Shown: positions 7,500-15,349 of the stretch, in pieces
How positions within the stretch are numbered: position 1 is the stretch's first letter
Layout of the letters: the number at the start of each line of letters is the position of its first letter
Assembly: GCA_049320885.1 (NCBI GenBank)
Contig: JBMORA010000067.1
Coordinates: 1-38,519, forward strand
DNA: 38,519 nucleotides
Source: Thermodesulfobacteriota bacterium
Lineage (GTDB): Bacteria > Desulfobacterota > Desulfobacteria > Desulfobacterales > SURF-7
Direction: 5' to 3'
Program-made: the position numbers and the translations under genes
The notes under the pieces: generated by a model
Told to the model about the DNA's origin: nothing
Database searches by the model: none
The model's input: only the letters and a program-made list of their open reading frames with translations

Positions 7500-8185
7500 T
7501 GCCGAAAAGCAGAGAAAAAGAGCTGGAAGAAAAAAAGGAAGTGCTTTCCAAGTCAGCGCTGCGCAGGCAGCGGGAGCGGGAGCAGCGGTACCAGAGTATC
7601 CTGAGCGCAGCGGAGACACTGTTCGCCCGGGAGGGATATCACAAGACCAGCATGGAGCGCATTGCGGACGCCGCCGAGGTATCCGTCGGTGCGGTGTACT
7701 TCTACTTCAAGAACAAAGAAGACCTGCTGGTCCAGTTGCTGGACGAAATCGGTTTTCGGCTGCGCGCCCTGCTGGGCGATGAGTTTAAAAAGTCCGGCGC
7801 TTCCCTGGCGGGCTTCCGGCAGGCGGGGCGAATGTTTTTCGAGGAGTTCTGCGCACGATATCCCGAGAAGGTCGCCATCGTCTTCCGGGAATCCGTGGGG
7901 CAGAGTCCCGTGGTGGAGGCCCGCCGCAAGGAGATTTTCGACAAACTGACCGGTGATGTCCTGAATGCCCTGCGGAAGATGAGCGGCAGCCAGGGGGCGA
8001 ATTTCCGCAGCCGGTTTTCGGCCGAGGTGATCGCCGTCAGCATCATGGGCATTTACGAGCGCGTGGCCTACGAGTATCTGTTCTGGCAGGACCGCAGCAA
8101 GGATTTCACCGCCATCGGAATGGACGCCGTGGCCTTCATCGTGGGCGGCATCAACAACCTGTTCGGGGAGACACCATGCACTTGA
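7499..8185 (+). CDS. TetR/AcrR family transcriptional regulator
   Basis: HTH ILSAAETLFAREGYHKTSMERIADAAEVSVGAVYFYFKNKEDL. TGATG overlap with the upstream gene; alternative GTG start at 7496. Confidence 0.93.
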   Translation: MPKSREKELEEKKEVLSKSALRRQREREQRYQSILSAAETLFAREGYHKTSMERIADAAEVSVGAVYFYFKNKEDLLVQLLDEIGFRLRALLGDEFKKSGASLAGFRQAGRMFFEEFCARYPEKVAIVFRESVGQSPVVEARRKEIFDKLTGDVLNALRKMSGSQGANFRSRFSAEVIAVSIMGIYERVAYEYLFWQDRSKDFTAIGMDAVAFIVGGINNLFGETPCT

Positions 8186-8739
8186 AGGGTGCCCTGCACG
8201 TGCACACCACCTGCTCGGACGGCGAGCTGACGATTGCCGAGGTGGTGCGGGTATACGAGAGTCTCGGTTTCGATTTCATCGCCCTGACCGACCATGATTA
8301 TCTCATCCGCTCCAACTGCTATGCGGCGGTTTCCACGGTGCGGACGGATATGATCATTTTTACGGGTGTCGAGATGACGGTGTTCGAAAAAGGCTATGTG
8401 CATGTCAACCGCATCGAGGGGGACCGGGAGGTGCTGCATGTCTTCAACCATCCTTCCGAACTGGACCTGCCCTTTGCCAAGGTCAAGGAGCGGATCATGG
8501 CGGTGGCGGAACGGATTCCGCTGGACGCCGTGGAAATCACTTCCAAGGGATTTCGCACCAAGGAATACGAAACACCCGAGCTTCCGTTTCACAAGGTGGC
8601 TACGGATGACGCCCATACCCGGCTGATGTGCGGCCGGGCATGGATCGAGATGGATTGCATGCGGGAAAAGGATTTGATCATCCGGGCCATCAAGGCCGGA
8701 GATTTCTGGAACTGTTTCACGGAAACGCATGGATTTTAG
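8176..8739 (+). CDS. PHP-domain metal-dependent hydrolase
   Basis: LKGALHVHTTCSDG, FIALTDHD, GVE, NHP and TDDAH metal-ligand motifs. Overlaps the TetR stop by 10 nt. Confidence 0.88.
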   Translation: MHLKGALHVHTTCSDGELTIAEVVRVYESLGFDFIALTDHDYLIRSNCYAAVSTVRTDMIIFTGVEMTVFEKGYVHVNRIEGDREVLHVFNHPSELDLPFAKVKERIMAVAERIPLDAVEITSKGFRTKEYETPELPFHKVATDDAHTRLMCGRAWIEMDCMREKDLIIRAIKAGDFWNCFTETHGF

Positions 8740-8788
8740 AGTACATGAACACTCAATTCCGCGTATGGAAACAAGGAGGATGACGACA

Positions 8789-9961
8789 ATGGCAAGACGA
8801 GTCGCAATTTGCGCCGTGGCGCAAACGAAATGGGAACGAAATAAATGGCAGGAGCGCTTCCAGGGGATGGCCATCGACGTCCTGGAATCCCTCAGGGAAC
8901 AGACCGGAGTGGACTTTGCCAGGAAACAGCTGAAGAAAAAAAAGAAGAAGCCCGGCATCAACATGACCATCAGTGTCTCCGACGATATTTTCGATGCCCG
9001 CACCATCTCCAACAATGGTATGACCGATGTGCTGGGCGGCCATTTCGGCTGCGAGGAAAAGGTGGCCCAGGAAGGGATTCAGGCGGTTTACTATGGCTTG
9101 GCGGCGATTCAGTCCGGCCACAATGATGTGGTGCTGCTGATGGGCCATTGCAAGGAATCCCAGGGCCAGAGCCGCAACATGGTGACCCATGTGGCCTTCG
9201 ATCCCTTTTTCACCCGGCCGGTGGGTCTGGATTTCTGCGCCGCCGCCGGCTTGCAGGCCCAGGCCTATATGGCCAAGGCAGGCATCACCGACGAACAGCT
9301 GGCGGATATCGTGGTCCGTTCCCGGAAATATGCGGCCAGGAATCCCGCCATCGCGGATCTTCCGCCGGTCACCCGGGAAGAGGTCATGGCTTCCGAAATG
9401 CTGGCCGATCCCATCCGGAGGCTGCACGCTTATCCGGTGTCGGACGGCGCCGTGGGCATGATTCTGGCGGCCGAGGAGGTCGCCGTCAAGCTGACGGACA
9501 AACCGGTCTGGATCGAAGGTGTCGGCAATTCCATGGATAGCTTTTTCATGGGGGACCGGGATCTGGCCTCCAATTTCGCCCTGAAAAAGGCCGCCGAGCG
9601 GGCGTATAAGCGCGCGGGAATCAAGGATCCCCGTTCCGCCTTTGATGTCCTGGAGGTCTCGGATCAGTATGCCTATCAACTGCCCATGTGGATGGAAGGC
9701 CTGGGGATTTGCGATGAGGGCAAGGGCGGCGCCTGGATCCAGGCCGGCGGCCCCGACAAGAGTCATGTCAATCTGTCCGGAGGGATGCTGGCCGGGAATC
9801 CGTTGATTCTGGGCGGTCTGGTGCGGGCCGCCGAAGCCGCCCTGCAGTTGCGGGGGGAGGCCGGCGACCGTCAGGTGGCGAATGCGAAAAGGGCGCTGGC
9901 CCATGGCGTCATGGGACCGGCCGGACAGTTTCACTCCGTAGCGATTTTGGCGCGGGATTAG
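8789..9961 (+). CDS. Non-canonical thiolase-fold protein, Ltp4-like (module 1)
   Basis: Thiolase-family motifs PVSDGA, DVLEVSD, VNLSGGMLAGNP and AALQLRGEAGDRQV, but no catalytic Cys or His motifs. SDDIFDAR and DPFFTRPVGLD..AAGLQA resemble Ltp4 as recalled. ATG 8789 follows AAGGAGG. Confidence 0.85.
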   Translation: MARRVAICAVAQTKWERNKWQERFQGMAIDVLESLREQTGVDFARKQLKKKKKKPGINMTISVSDDIFDARTISNNGMTDVLGGHFGCEEKVAQEGIQAVYYGLAAIQSGHNDVVLLMGHCKESQGQSRNMVTHVAFDPFFTRPVGLDFCAAAGLQAQAYMAKAGITDEQLADIVVRSRKYAARNPAIADLPPVTREEVMASEMLADPIRRLHAYPVSDGAVGMILAAEEVAVKLTDKPVWIEGVGNSMDSFFMGDRDLASNFALKKAAERAYKRAGIKDPRSAFDVLEVSDQYAYQLPMWMEGLGICDEGKGGAWIQAGGPDKSHVNLSGGMLAGNPLILGGLVRAAEAALQLRGEAGDRQVANAKRALAHGVMGPAGQFHSVAILARD

Positions 9962-9973
9962 GGAGGCGCGAGC

Positions 9974-11158
9974 ATGAATAAAAATAGAAATGTAGGTATC
10001 GTCGGTGTAGGACAGTCCGTTTATTCGAGCCACCGGGAGGAAGTCAACCAGCCTGAAATGATCCATGAAGCCGTGGTGGCGGCCCTGAAGCACGCCGGTA
10101 TCACCATGGACGACGTGGATTGCGTGGTTCACGGAAACATGGAATTGTTTGAGATGGTGCATCAGCCCGATCTATGGCACACCCTGGGATCCGGGGCCTT
10201 CGGCAAGGAATCCCTGCGGGTCACCACCGGAGGGACCACCGGCGCCACCCTGGTAGCGGTGGCGGATTATCTGGTGTCCTCGGGCATGCATGATATCGTC
10301 ATGGCCATCGGGTTTGAAAAACTGCAGGAGGGGCATACCACCGGCGGCATCACCAACATGGCCGATCCCCTGTGGGCGCGGCAGTTGCAGACCGGCGCCC
10401 TGACCGGCATGACCGCCGCGGACGTGATCAATGAGTTCGGCGAGGAAAGGGCCAAGAAGGCCTCCATGAAATACCGCATCATCATGGACAAGCACGCCAT
10501 GAAGAACAAACACGCCCATCGCCGCCTGGGGCTGGAATTCGACCAGGCCGACGATCTGATGAAAAGCTCCCCGGCCCTGGTGGGCGAGCTGCGCATGATT
10601 CATATGTGTTCCCAGAGCGACGGGGCCTGCGTCATGATTTTCGCCTCCGAGGAAAAAGCCAAGGCGCTCCGCAAGCAACCCGCCTGGATCAAGGACCATA
10701 TAACGGTTCACCGGGAGGAAAGCTTCTGCATTTTCGGCGATGCGCCCTACGTGACCAGCCACCGGTACGCGGCCGAGACTCTTTTCAAGCGCAACGGCAT
10801 CAAAAATCCCCGCAAGGAACTGGACATGTTCGAGATGTACGACCCTTCCAGCTGGTGGGGATTGGACTGGCTCCGGGAGTTTCTGCTGCTGGAAGGCGAC
10901 GAACATTTGAAAATGGTCGAAAGCGATGAGATCACCATCGACGGCGATTTTCCGGTCAATCCGTCCGGCGGCGTAACCGCCTCCAACCCCATCGGCGCCA
11001 CGGCCATGGTGCGCGTGGCGGAGGCGGCCCTGCAGATCATGGGAGAGGCCGGGGATCATCAGGTCAAGAAAAAGGTCAACCAGGCGCTGGCCTCCGGATT
11101 CGGCGGAACCATGTGGACGGTGCTGTTCCTGCTGACCCGGGAAGTCCCCCGTTTGTAA
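9974..11158 (+). CDS. Non-canonical thiolase-fold protein, Ltp3-like putative aldolase subunit (module 1)
   Basis: RVTTGGTTG where the nucleophile Cys normally lies; GFEK, CSQSDGAC, FEMYDPSSW, VNPSGGVTASNPIGATAMVRVAEAALQ, SGFGG. GGGAGG RBS. Confidence 0.87.
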   Translation: MNKNRNVGIVGVGQSVYSSHREEVNQPEMIHEAVVAALKHAGITMDDVDCVVHGNMELFEMVHQPDLWHTLGSGAFGKESLRVTTGGTTGATLVAVADYLVSSGMHDIVMAIGFEKLQEGHTTGGITNMADPLWARQLQTGALTGMTAADVINEFGEERAKKASMKYRIIMDKHAMKNKHAHRRLGLEFDQADDLMKSSPALVGELRMIHMCSQSDGACVMIFASEEKAKALRKQPAWIKDHITVHREESFCIFGDAPYVTSHRYAAETLFKRNGIKNPRKELDMFEMYDPSSWWGLDWLREFLLLEGDEHLKMVESDEITIDGDFPVNPSGGVTASNPIGATAMVRVAEAALQIMGEAGDHQVKKKVNQALASGFGGTMWTVLFLLTREVPRL

Positions 11159-11224
11159 GGACCCGCGGGGGAAGCATGCAGACAAACGATCTTATTCCTT
11201 ATTTATATAGCGTAGGAGGCGATA

Positions 11225-14200
11225 ATGAACCTTGGCAAATTTTTCGATGATGCCGTCAATCGATTCAAGACCGATCCATATATGACGTTTTATGAGGAAA
11301 CCCTTACTTACGGCGACCTGGGCAAACGCGTAAACCGAATGGCCAACGCGCTGAAGAAGCAGGGGTTTAAAAAAGGGGATTTCATTCATGTCTGGGTACA
11401 GAACAGCCCCCAGACCCTGGTTTCCTATTTCGCCATCATCAAGATCGGCGCGGTGGCCGGTCCCATCAACGGCTGGTGGAAGGGGGGGGAGGTGGAATAC
11501 CTGCTGAACGATTCCCGGGGTTGCGGCCTGATCGTGGAAGAGCAGTATCTGCCGATTTTCAAGGAAATCAAGGAAAAATGTCCCCATTTGAAGAAGATCA
11601 TCGAGGTCAGTCCGAAACCCATGGAAGGCCATGTGGCCTTCAGCGATCTTCTGAACCAGAGCGATGACACGGAAGTGGTTTGCGACAGCGATCCGGAAGA
11701 CAACGCCTATATTTTCTACACGTCGGGGACCACCGGCAATCCCAAGGGCGTACTGCTTTCCCATAAAAACGTCGTGGCCGATTCCAACATGATCAACGCC
11801 GCGCTGGACACTCCGGAGAAAAAGAATTTTCTCTGCTTTCTGCCGCTTTTCCATGTAAATGCCATGCTGACCTGCACCTCCAGCATGCAGAAGGGGCACC
11901 ATATCATCCTCCGAAAGCAGTTCAGCGCCAGCGAGTTCTGGGAAGTGGTGGAAAAATACAAGGTCAACTTCTGGTCGGCGGTGCCGGCGGTTTATCAGAT
12001 CCTGCTGTCCGACCCGTCCCGGCAGAAATACGATTTGAGTTCCATGGAATTCGGGATATGCGGCGCCGCGCCCCTGACCCAGGAGACCATGACCAATTTT
12101 GAAAAAACCTTCAAGATTCCCATCGTGGAAGGTTATGGGCTCACGGAGGGAACCTGCGTCAGCACCATCAATCCGCGGGTGGGGGTCCGCAAGGTCGGTT
12201 CCATCGGTCTGGCCCTGCCGGGCCAGGATGTCCGGATCGTGGATGAGGACGGAAAGGAATTGGGGGTCAACCAGCCCGGCGAGATCGTCATCAAGGGCGA
12301 CAATGTCATGAAGGGCTATTTCAACAAACCCGAGGAGACCGCCAAGACCATTATCAACGGCTATCTGCATACCGGGGACGTGGGCATCAAGGACGAGGAC
12401 GGCTATATCTTCATCGTGGACCGTAAAAAAGACATGATCATCCGCGGCGGGGAAAACATTTATCCCAAGGAAATCGACAACCTGCTGGCGACCCATCCGA
12501 AAATTTCCGAGGCCGCCACCGTGGGCGTTCCGGACAAAACCATGGGCGAAGAGGTCAAGGTCTTCGTGGTGGCGGAAGACGACAGCCTCACCGAGGAAGA
12601 GGTCATCGATTTCTGCAAACAGAAACTGGCAGCCTTCAAAGTTCCGAAATACGTGGAAATCCTGGAAGGCGATTTCCCCCGCAGCCCCATCGGCAAGGTG
12701 CTCAAGAAAACCCTGCGGGATTGGGGCCTCAAGGGCGCTCCCAAGGAAAAAGGGCCGGAGGTCACGGTGGCGGACATTTTCGGCACCATGGAATCCCGGG
12801 TCATTCCGGAAGGCGTGGCCGGCATCAAGGCCAATTACGGCTACAAGATCACGGGTACGGGCGGCGGCGACTATACGGTCTGCGTGGCGGACGGGAAGGT
12901 CCAGGTGAAGGCGGGCCTGCATGATCCCCATGTGACCACCACCATCGCGGCCAAGGACTGGATCGCCATCACCCTGGGCAAACTGGACGGCATGACGGCC
13001 TTCAGCTCCGGCAAGTTGAAAGTGGAAGGCGATCTGGGGCTGCTGACCAAGGCCACGGGCTTTTTCCGGAAATACCAGCCCCCGGCGGCAGCCCCCAAGG
13101 TCACCGTGGAAGACATTTTCGGCACCATGGAGTCCCGGGTGAACCCCGAGGGCATCAAGGGCGTTACCGCCAATTACGGGTATGTCATCACCGGCACGGG
13201 CGGCGGCGAATGGACGGTCTGCGTGGCCAACGACACGGTGAAGGTGAAAACGGGCCTGCATTCTCCCCATGTGACCACCACGGTGGCGGCCAAGGACTGG
13301 ATCGCCATCACCCTGGGCAAGCTGGACGGTATGACGGCCTTCACCTCCGGCAAATTGAAAGTGGAAGGCGACTTGGGGCTGCTCACCAAGGCCACCCAGT
13401 TTTTCAAGAAATACCAGCCGCCGGCGGCGGCCGCGGAAGTCACGGTGGAAGACATTTTCGGCACCATGGAATCCCGGGTGAATCCGGAAGGCGTTAAAGG
13501 GGTGACGGGTAACTACGGCTACAAGATTACGGGTACGGGCGGCGGCGAATGGACGGTCTGCGTGGATAACGGCAAGGTCACAGTCAAGAAGGGCATCCAC
13601 AATCCCCATGTGACCACCACCTGTTCGGCCAAGGACTGGGTCGCCATCACCCTCGGGAAACTGGACGGCATGACGGCTTTCACCTCCGGCAAGCTCAAGG
13701 TGGAAGGGGATATGGGGCTTTTGACCAAGGCCACCAAGTTCTTCAAGAAATATACGCCGCCTTCGGCCGGACAGGAAGAGGCGCGCGAGGAGCTGATCGT
13801 CAAGCGCCAGATCCTCTCCATCCCCCAGAAATTTTCCACCGGTCCGGTGATGGGGAAATTCCTCAACGCCTTCAAGGAAAAGAAGATTCTGGCGAACAAA
13901 TGTCCGGAATGCGGTCGGCTCCAGGTTCCCCCCCGGGAGGTATGCGCCGAATGCATCGTGCGCTGCGACGAGTGGGTGGAGGTCGGACCCGAAGGCGTGC
14001 TGTCCATTGCGGATATCACCTACTATGCCAGCCCCGATCCCCTCTCCGGAGAGACCCGGGAAACCCCCTACGTTTCGGCCCATTTTCTGCTCGACGGTTG
14101 CAAGGACCATGAAACCATGTGGCATGAGCTGAAGGCGTCCGATCGCGACCGCGCCAAGCGGGGCGTGCGGGTTCGTCCGGTCTGGAGCGAGAACCGGGTC

Positions 14201-14242
14201 GGCGCGATTACGGATATCGAATACTTTGAGATCATCGACTGA
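11225..14242 (+). CDS. Fusion: long-chain acyl-CoA ligase + 3x SCP2 lipid-binding domains + Zn-ribbon/OB-fold (DUF35)
   Basis: Ligase motifs YTSGTTGNPKG, EGYGLTE, LHTGD, DRKKDMIIRGGENIYP and FPRSPIGKVLK. Three repeats each containing LDGMTAFxSGKLKVEGD (SCP2 signature). C-terminal CPECGRLQVPPREVCAEC plus OB-fold. AGGAGG RBS. Confidence 0.92.
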   Translation: MNLGKFFDDAVNRFKTDPYMTFYEETLTYGDLGKRVNRMANALKKQGFKKGDFIHVWVQNSPQTLVSYFAIIKIGAVAGPINGWWKGGEVEYLLNDSRGCGLIVEEQYLPIFKEIKEKCPHLKKIIEVSPKPMEGHVAFSDLLNQSDDTEVVCDSDPEDNAYIFYTSGTTGNPKGVLLSHKNVVADSNMINAALDTPEKKNFLCFLPLFHVNAMLTCTSSMQKGHHIILRKQFSASEFWEVVEKYKVNFWSAVPAVYQILLSDPSRQKYDLSSMEFGICGAAPLTQETMTNFEKTFKIPIVEGYGLTEGTCVSTINPRVGVRKVGSIGLALPGQDVRIVDEDGKELGVNQPGEIVIKGDNVMKGYFNKPEETAKTIINGYLHTGDVGIKDEDGYIFIVDRKKDMIIRGGENIYPKEIDNLLATHPKISEAATVGVPDKTMGEEVKVFVVAEDDSLTEEEVIDFCKQKLAAFKVPKYVEILEGDFPRSPIGKVLKKTLRDWGLKGAPKEKGPEVTVADIFGTMESRVIPEGVAGIKANYGYKITGTGGGDYTVCVADGKVQVKAGLHDPHVTTTIAAKDWIAITLGKLDGMTAFSSGKLKVEGDLGLLTKATGFFRKYQPPAAAPKVTVEDIFGTMESRVNPEGIKGVTANYGYVITGTGGGEWTVCVANDTVKVKTGLHSPHVTTTVAAKDWIAITLGKLDGMTAFTSGKLKVEGDLGLLTKATQFFKKYQPPAAAAEVTVEDIFGTMESRVNPEGVKGVTGNYGYKITGTGGGEWTVCVDNGKVTVKKGIHNPHVTTTCSAKDWVAITLGKLDGMTAFTSGKLKVEGDMGLLTKATKFFKKYTPPSAGQEEAREELIVKRQILSIPQKFSTGPVMGKFLNAFKEKKILANKCPECGRLQVPPREVCAECIVRCDEWVEVGPEGVLSIADITYYASPDPLSGETRETPYVSAHFLLDGCKDHETMWHELKASDRDRAKRGVRVRPVWSENRVGAITDIEYFEIID
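12761..13762 (+). repeat. Three tandem 339-bp intragenic repeats (SCP2 domains)
   Basis: Units start at 12761, 13100 and 13439 (gtcacNgtggNNgacattttcggcaccatggaRtcccgggt). The period is exactly 339 bp, or 113 aa. Confidence 0.93.
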
Positions 14243-14266
14243 TCTGCGGATAGAAAAGGAGATGCC

Positions 14267-15166
14267 ATGAGTACTGCAAAGGATAATTGTTTCACCGTTG
14301 ACGGAAAACTTGCCCTGCCCTACCAATACTTCGCCGGCCGCACCGGGAGTCGTTTCCTGATCTCCCTGCGGGACGAGAAAAAGATCATGGGGCTGGAATG
14401 CAAGAAATGTAAAAAAGTGTTCGTGCCGCCGCGTTCCACCTGCGAGGTCTGTTTCGAGGATATTTCCCAGAACTGGGTGGAAGTCAAAAACACCGGCGTC
14501 GTCACCGGATTCACCATCATCCGTTACGAAGAGCCGCATCAACCGGTGAAGCCGCCCTACATTCTGGGCATGGTCAAACTGGACGGCGCGGATACGCCCA
14601 TGGCCCACATCATCAAGGGCGTGCCCCTCAGCAAGATGAAAGTCGGCTTGAAGGTCCAGGCGGTGTTCGCCAAAAAGACCACCGCCACCATCATGGATAT
14701 CGATCATTTCAAACCGCTTGTGGAAAAGGCGAAACTGGAGCTGGGCTATACCTATGACGAACTTGAAGTCGGCATGTCGGCCTCCTTCACCAAGACCATT
14801 TCCGAGACCGATGTCTACCTGTTCGCGGGCATCTCCGGGGACTTCAACCCCATGCATTTGAATGAGGAGTTCGCCAAACGCACGCCCTTCGGCACGCGCA
14901 TCGCCCATGGGGCCTTGCCCCAGAGCCTGATCGCGCCGGTTCTGGGAATGAAACTGCCGGGACTCGGCACCGTGGCGCTGGAAATCACCGTGCGCTTCAA
15001 GGCGCCGACCTATTTCGGCGACACCATCACGGCGGTGGGGGAAATCGTCGAGAAGCTGGAAAAGAAACGCTGGGTGAGGATGGCGCTGCGCTGGACCAAC
15101 CAGAAGGATGAACTGGTGGCGGAGGGCTCGGCGCTGGTGATGCCGCCGGCGCCGTTGCCGGAATAG
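14267..15166 (+). CDS. Fusion: Zn-ribbon/OB-fold (DUF35) + MaoC/PhaJ-like (R)-specific enoyl-CoA hydratase
   Basis: N-terminal CKKCKKVFVPPRSTCEVC and VKLDGADT. C-terminal FAGISGDFNPMHLNEEFAK (D-x4-H catalytic dyad), RIAHG, RFKAPTYFGDTI. Confidence 0.92.
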   Translation: MSTAKDNCFTVDGKLALPYQYFAGRTGSRFLISLRDEKKIMGLECKKCKKVFVPPRSTCEVCFEDISQNWVEVKNTGVVTGFTIIRYEEPHQPVKPPYILGMVKLDGADTPMAHIIKGVPLSKMKVGLKVQAVFAKKTTATIMDIDHFKPLVEKAKLELGYTYDELEVGMSASFTKTISETDVYLFAGISGDFNPMHLNEEFAKRTPFGTRIAHGALPQSLIAPVLGMKLPGLGTVALEITVRFKAPTYFGDTITAVGEIVEKLEKKRWVRMALRWTNQKDELVAEGSALVMPPAPLPE

Positions 15167-15181
15167 CGGGTTTTTGAGCAT

Positions 15182-15298
15182 TCACCCGGGATTGAACCAT
15201 TGTGCCGTTGGAATCGAAGCGGGTGAGAGGCAACCACGAAGGACACGAAGAAAGAATGGGTTTTATCCGGCGAAGCCGGCAGCTTCGTGTTCTTCGTG
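15182..15298. repeat. Intergenic REP-like element with nested inverted repeats and 9-bp periodicity
   Basis: CACGAAGGACACGAAG (15235-15250) pairs with CTTCGTGTTCTTCGTG (15283-15298) and encloses a CCGGC-GAA-GCCGG hairpin. A further TCACCCG/CGGGTGA pair lies at 15182 and 15220. Confidence 0.75.
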
Positions 15299-15349
15299 AA
15301 ATTAAGCGCAGTGGGCGGTAGTTTTCAACAAGGAAAGGACGAGAGCATA

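Noticed and set aside
8789..11158. Canonical acetyl-CoA acetyltransferases or a polyketide/PhlABC-type biosynthetic cluster
   Set aside because: Catalytic Cys and His motifs are absent, and there is no ACP, ketosynthase or HMG-CoA synthase-like gene. The context looks catabolic, though a biosynthetic aldol direction cannot be formally excluded.
12761..13762. Regularly spaced repeats as a CRISPR array or assembly collapse
   Set aside because: Units are 339-bp in-frame coding domains without unique spacers, and they differ at many synonymous sites. No cas genes are present.
11192..15181. 1329-aa minus-strand ORF
   Set aside because: Antisense shadow of the ligase-SCP2-DUF35 and DUF35-MaoC genes. 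It has no motifs, and its internal repeats simply mirror the SCP2 repeats.
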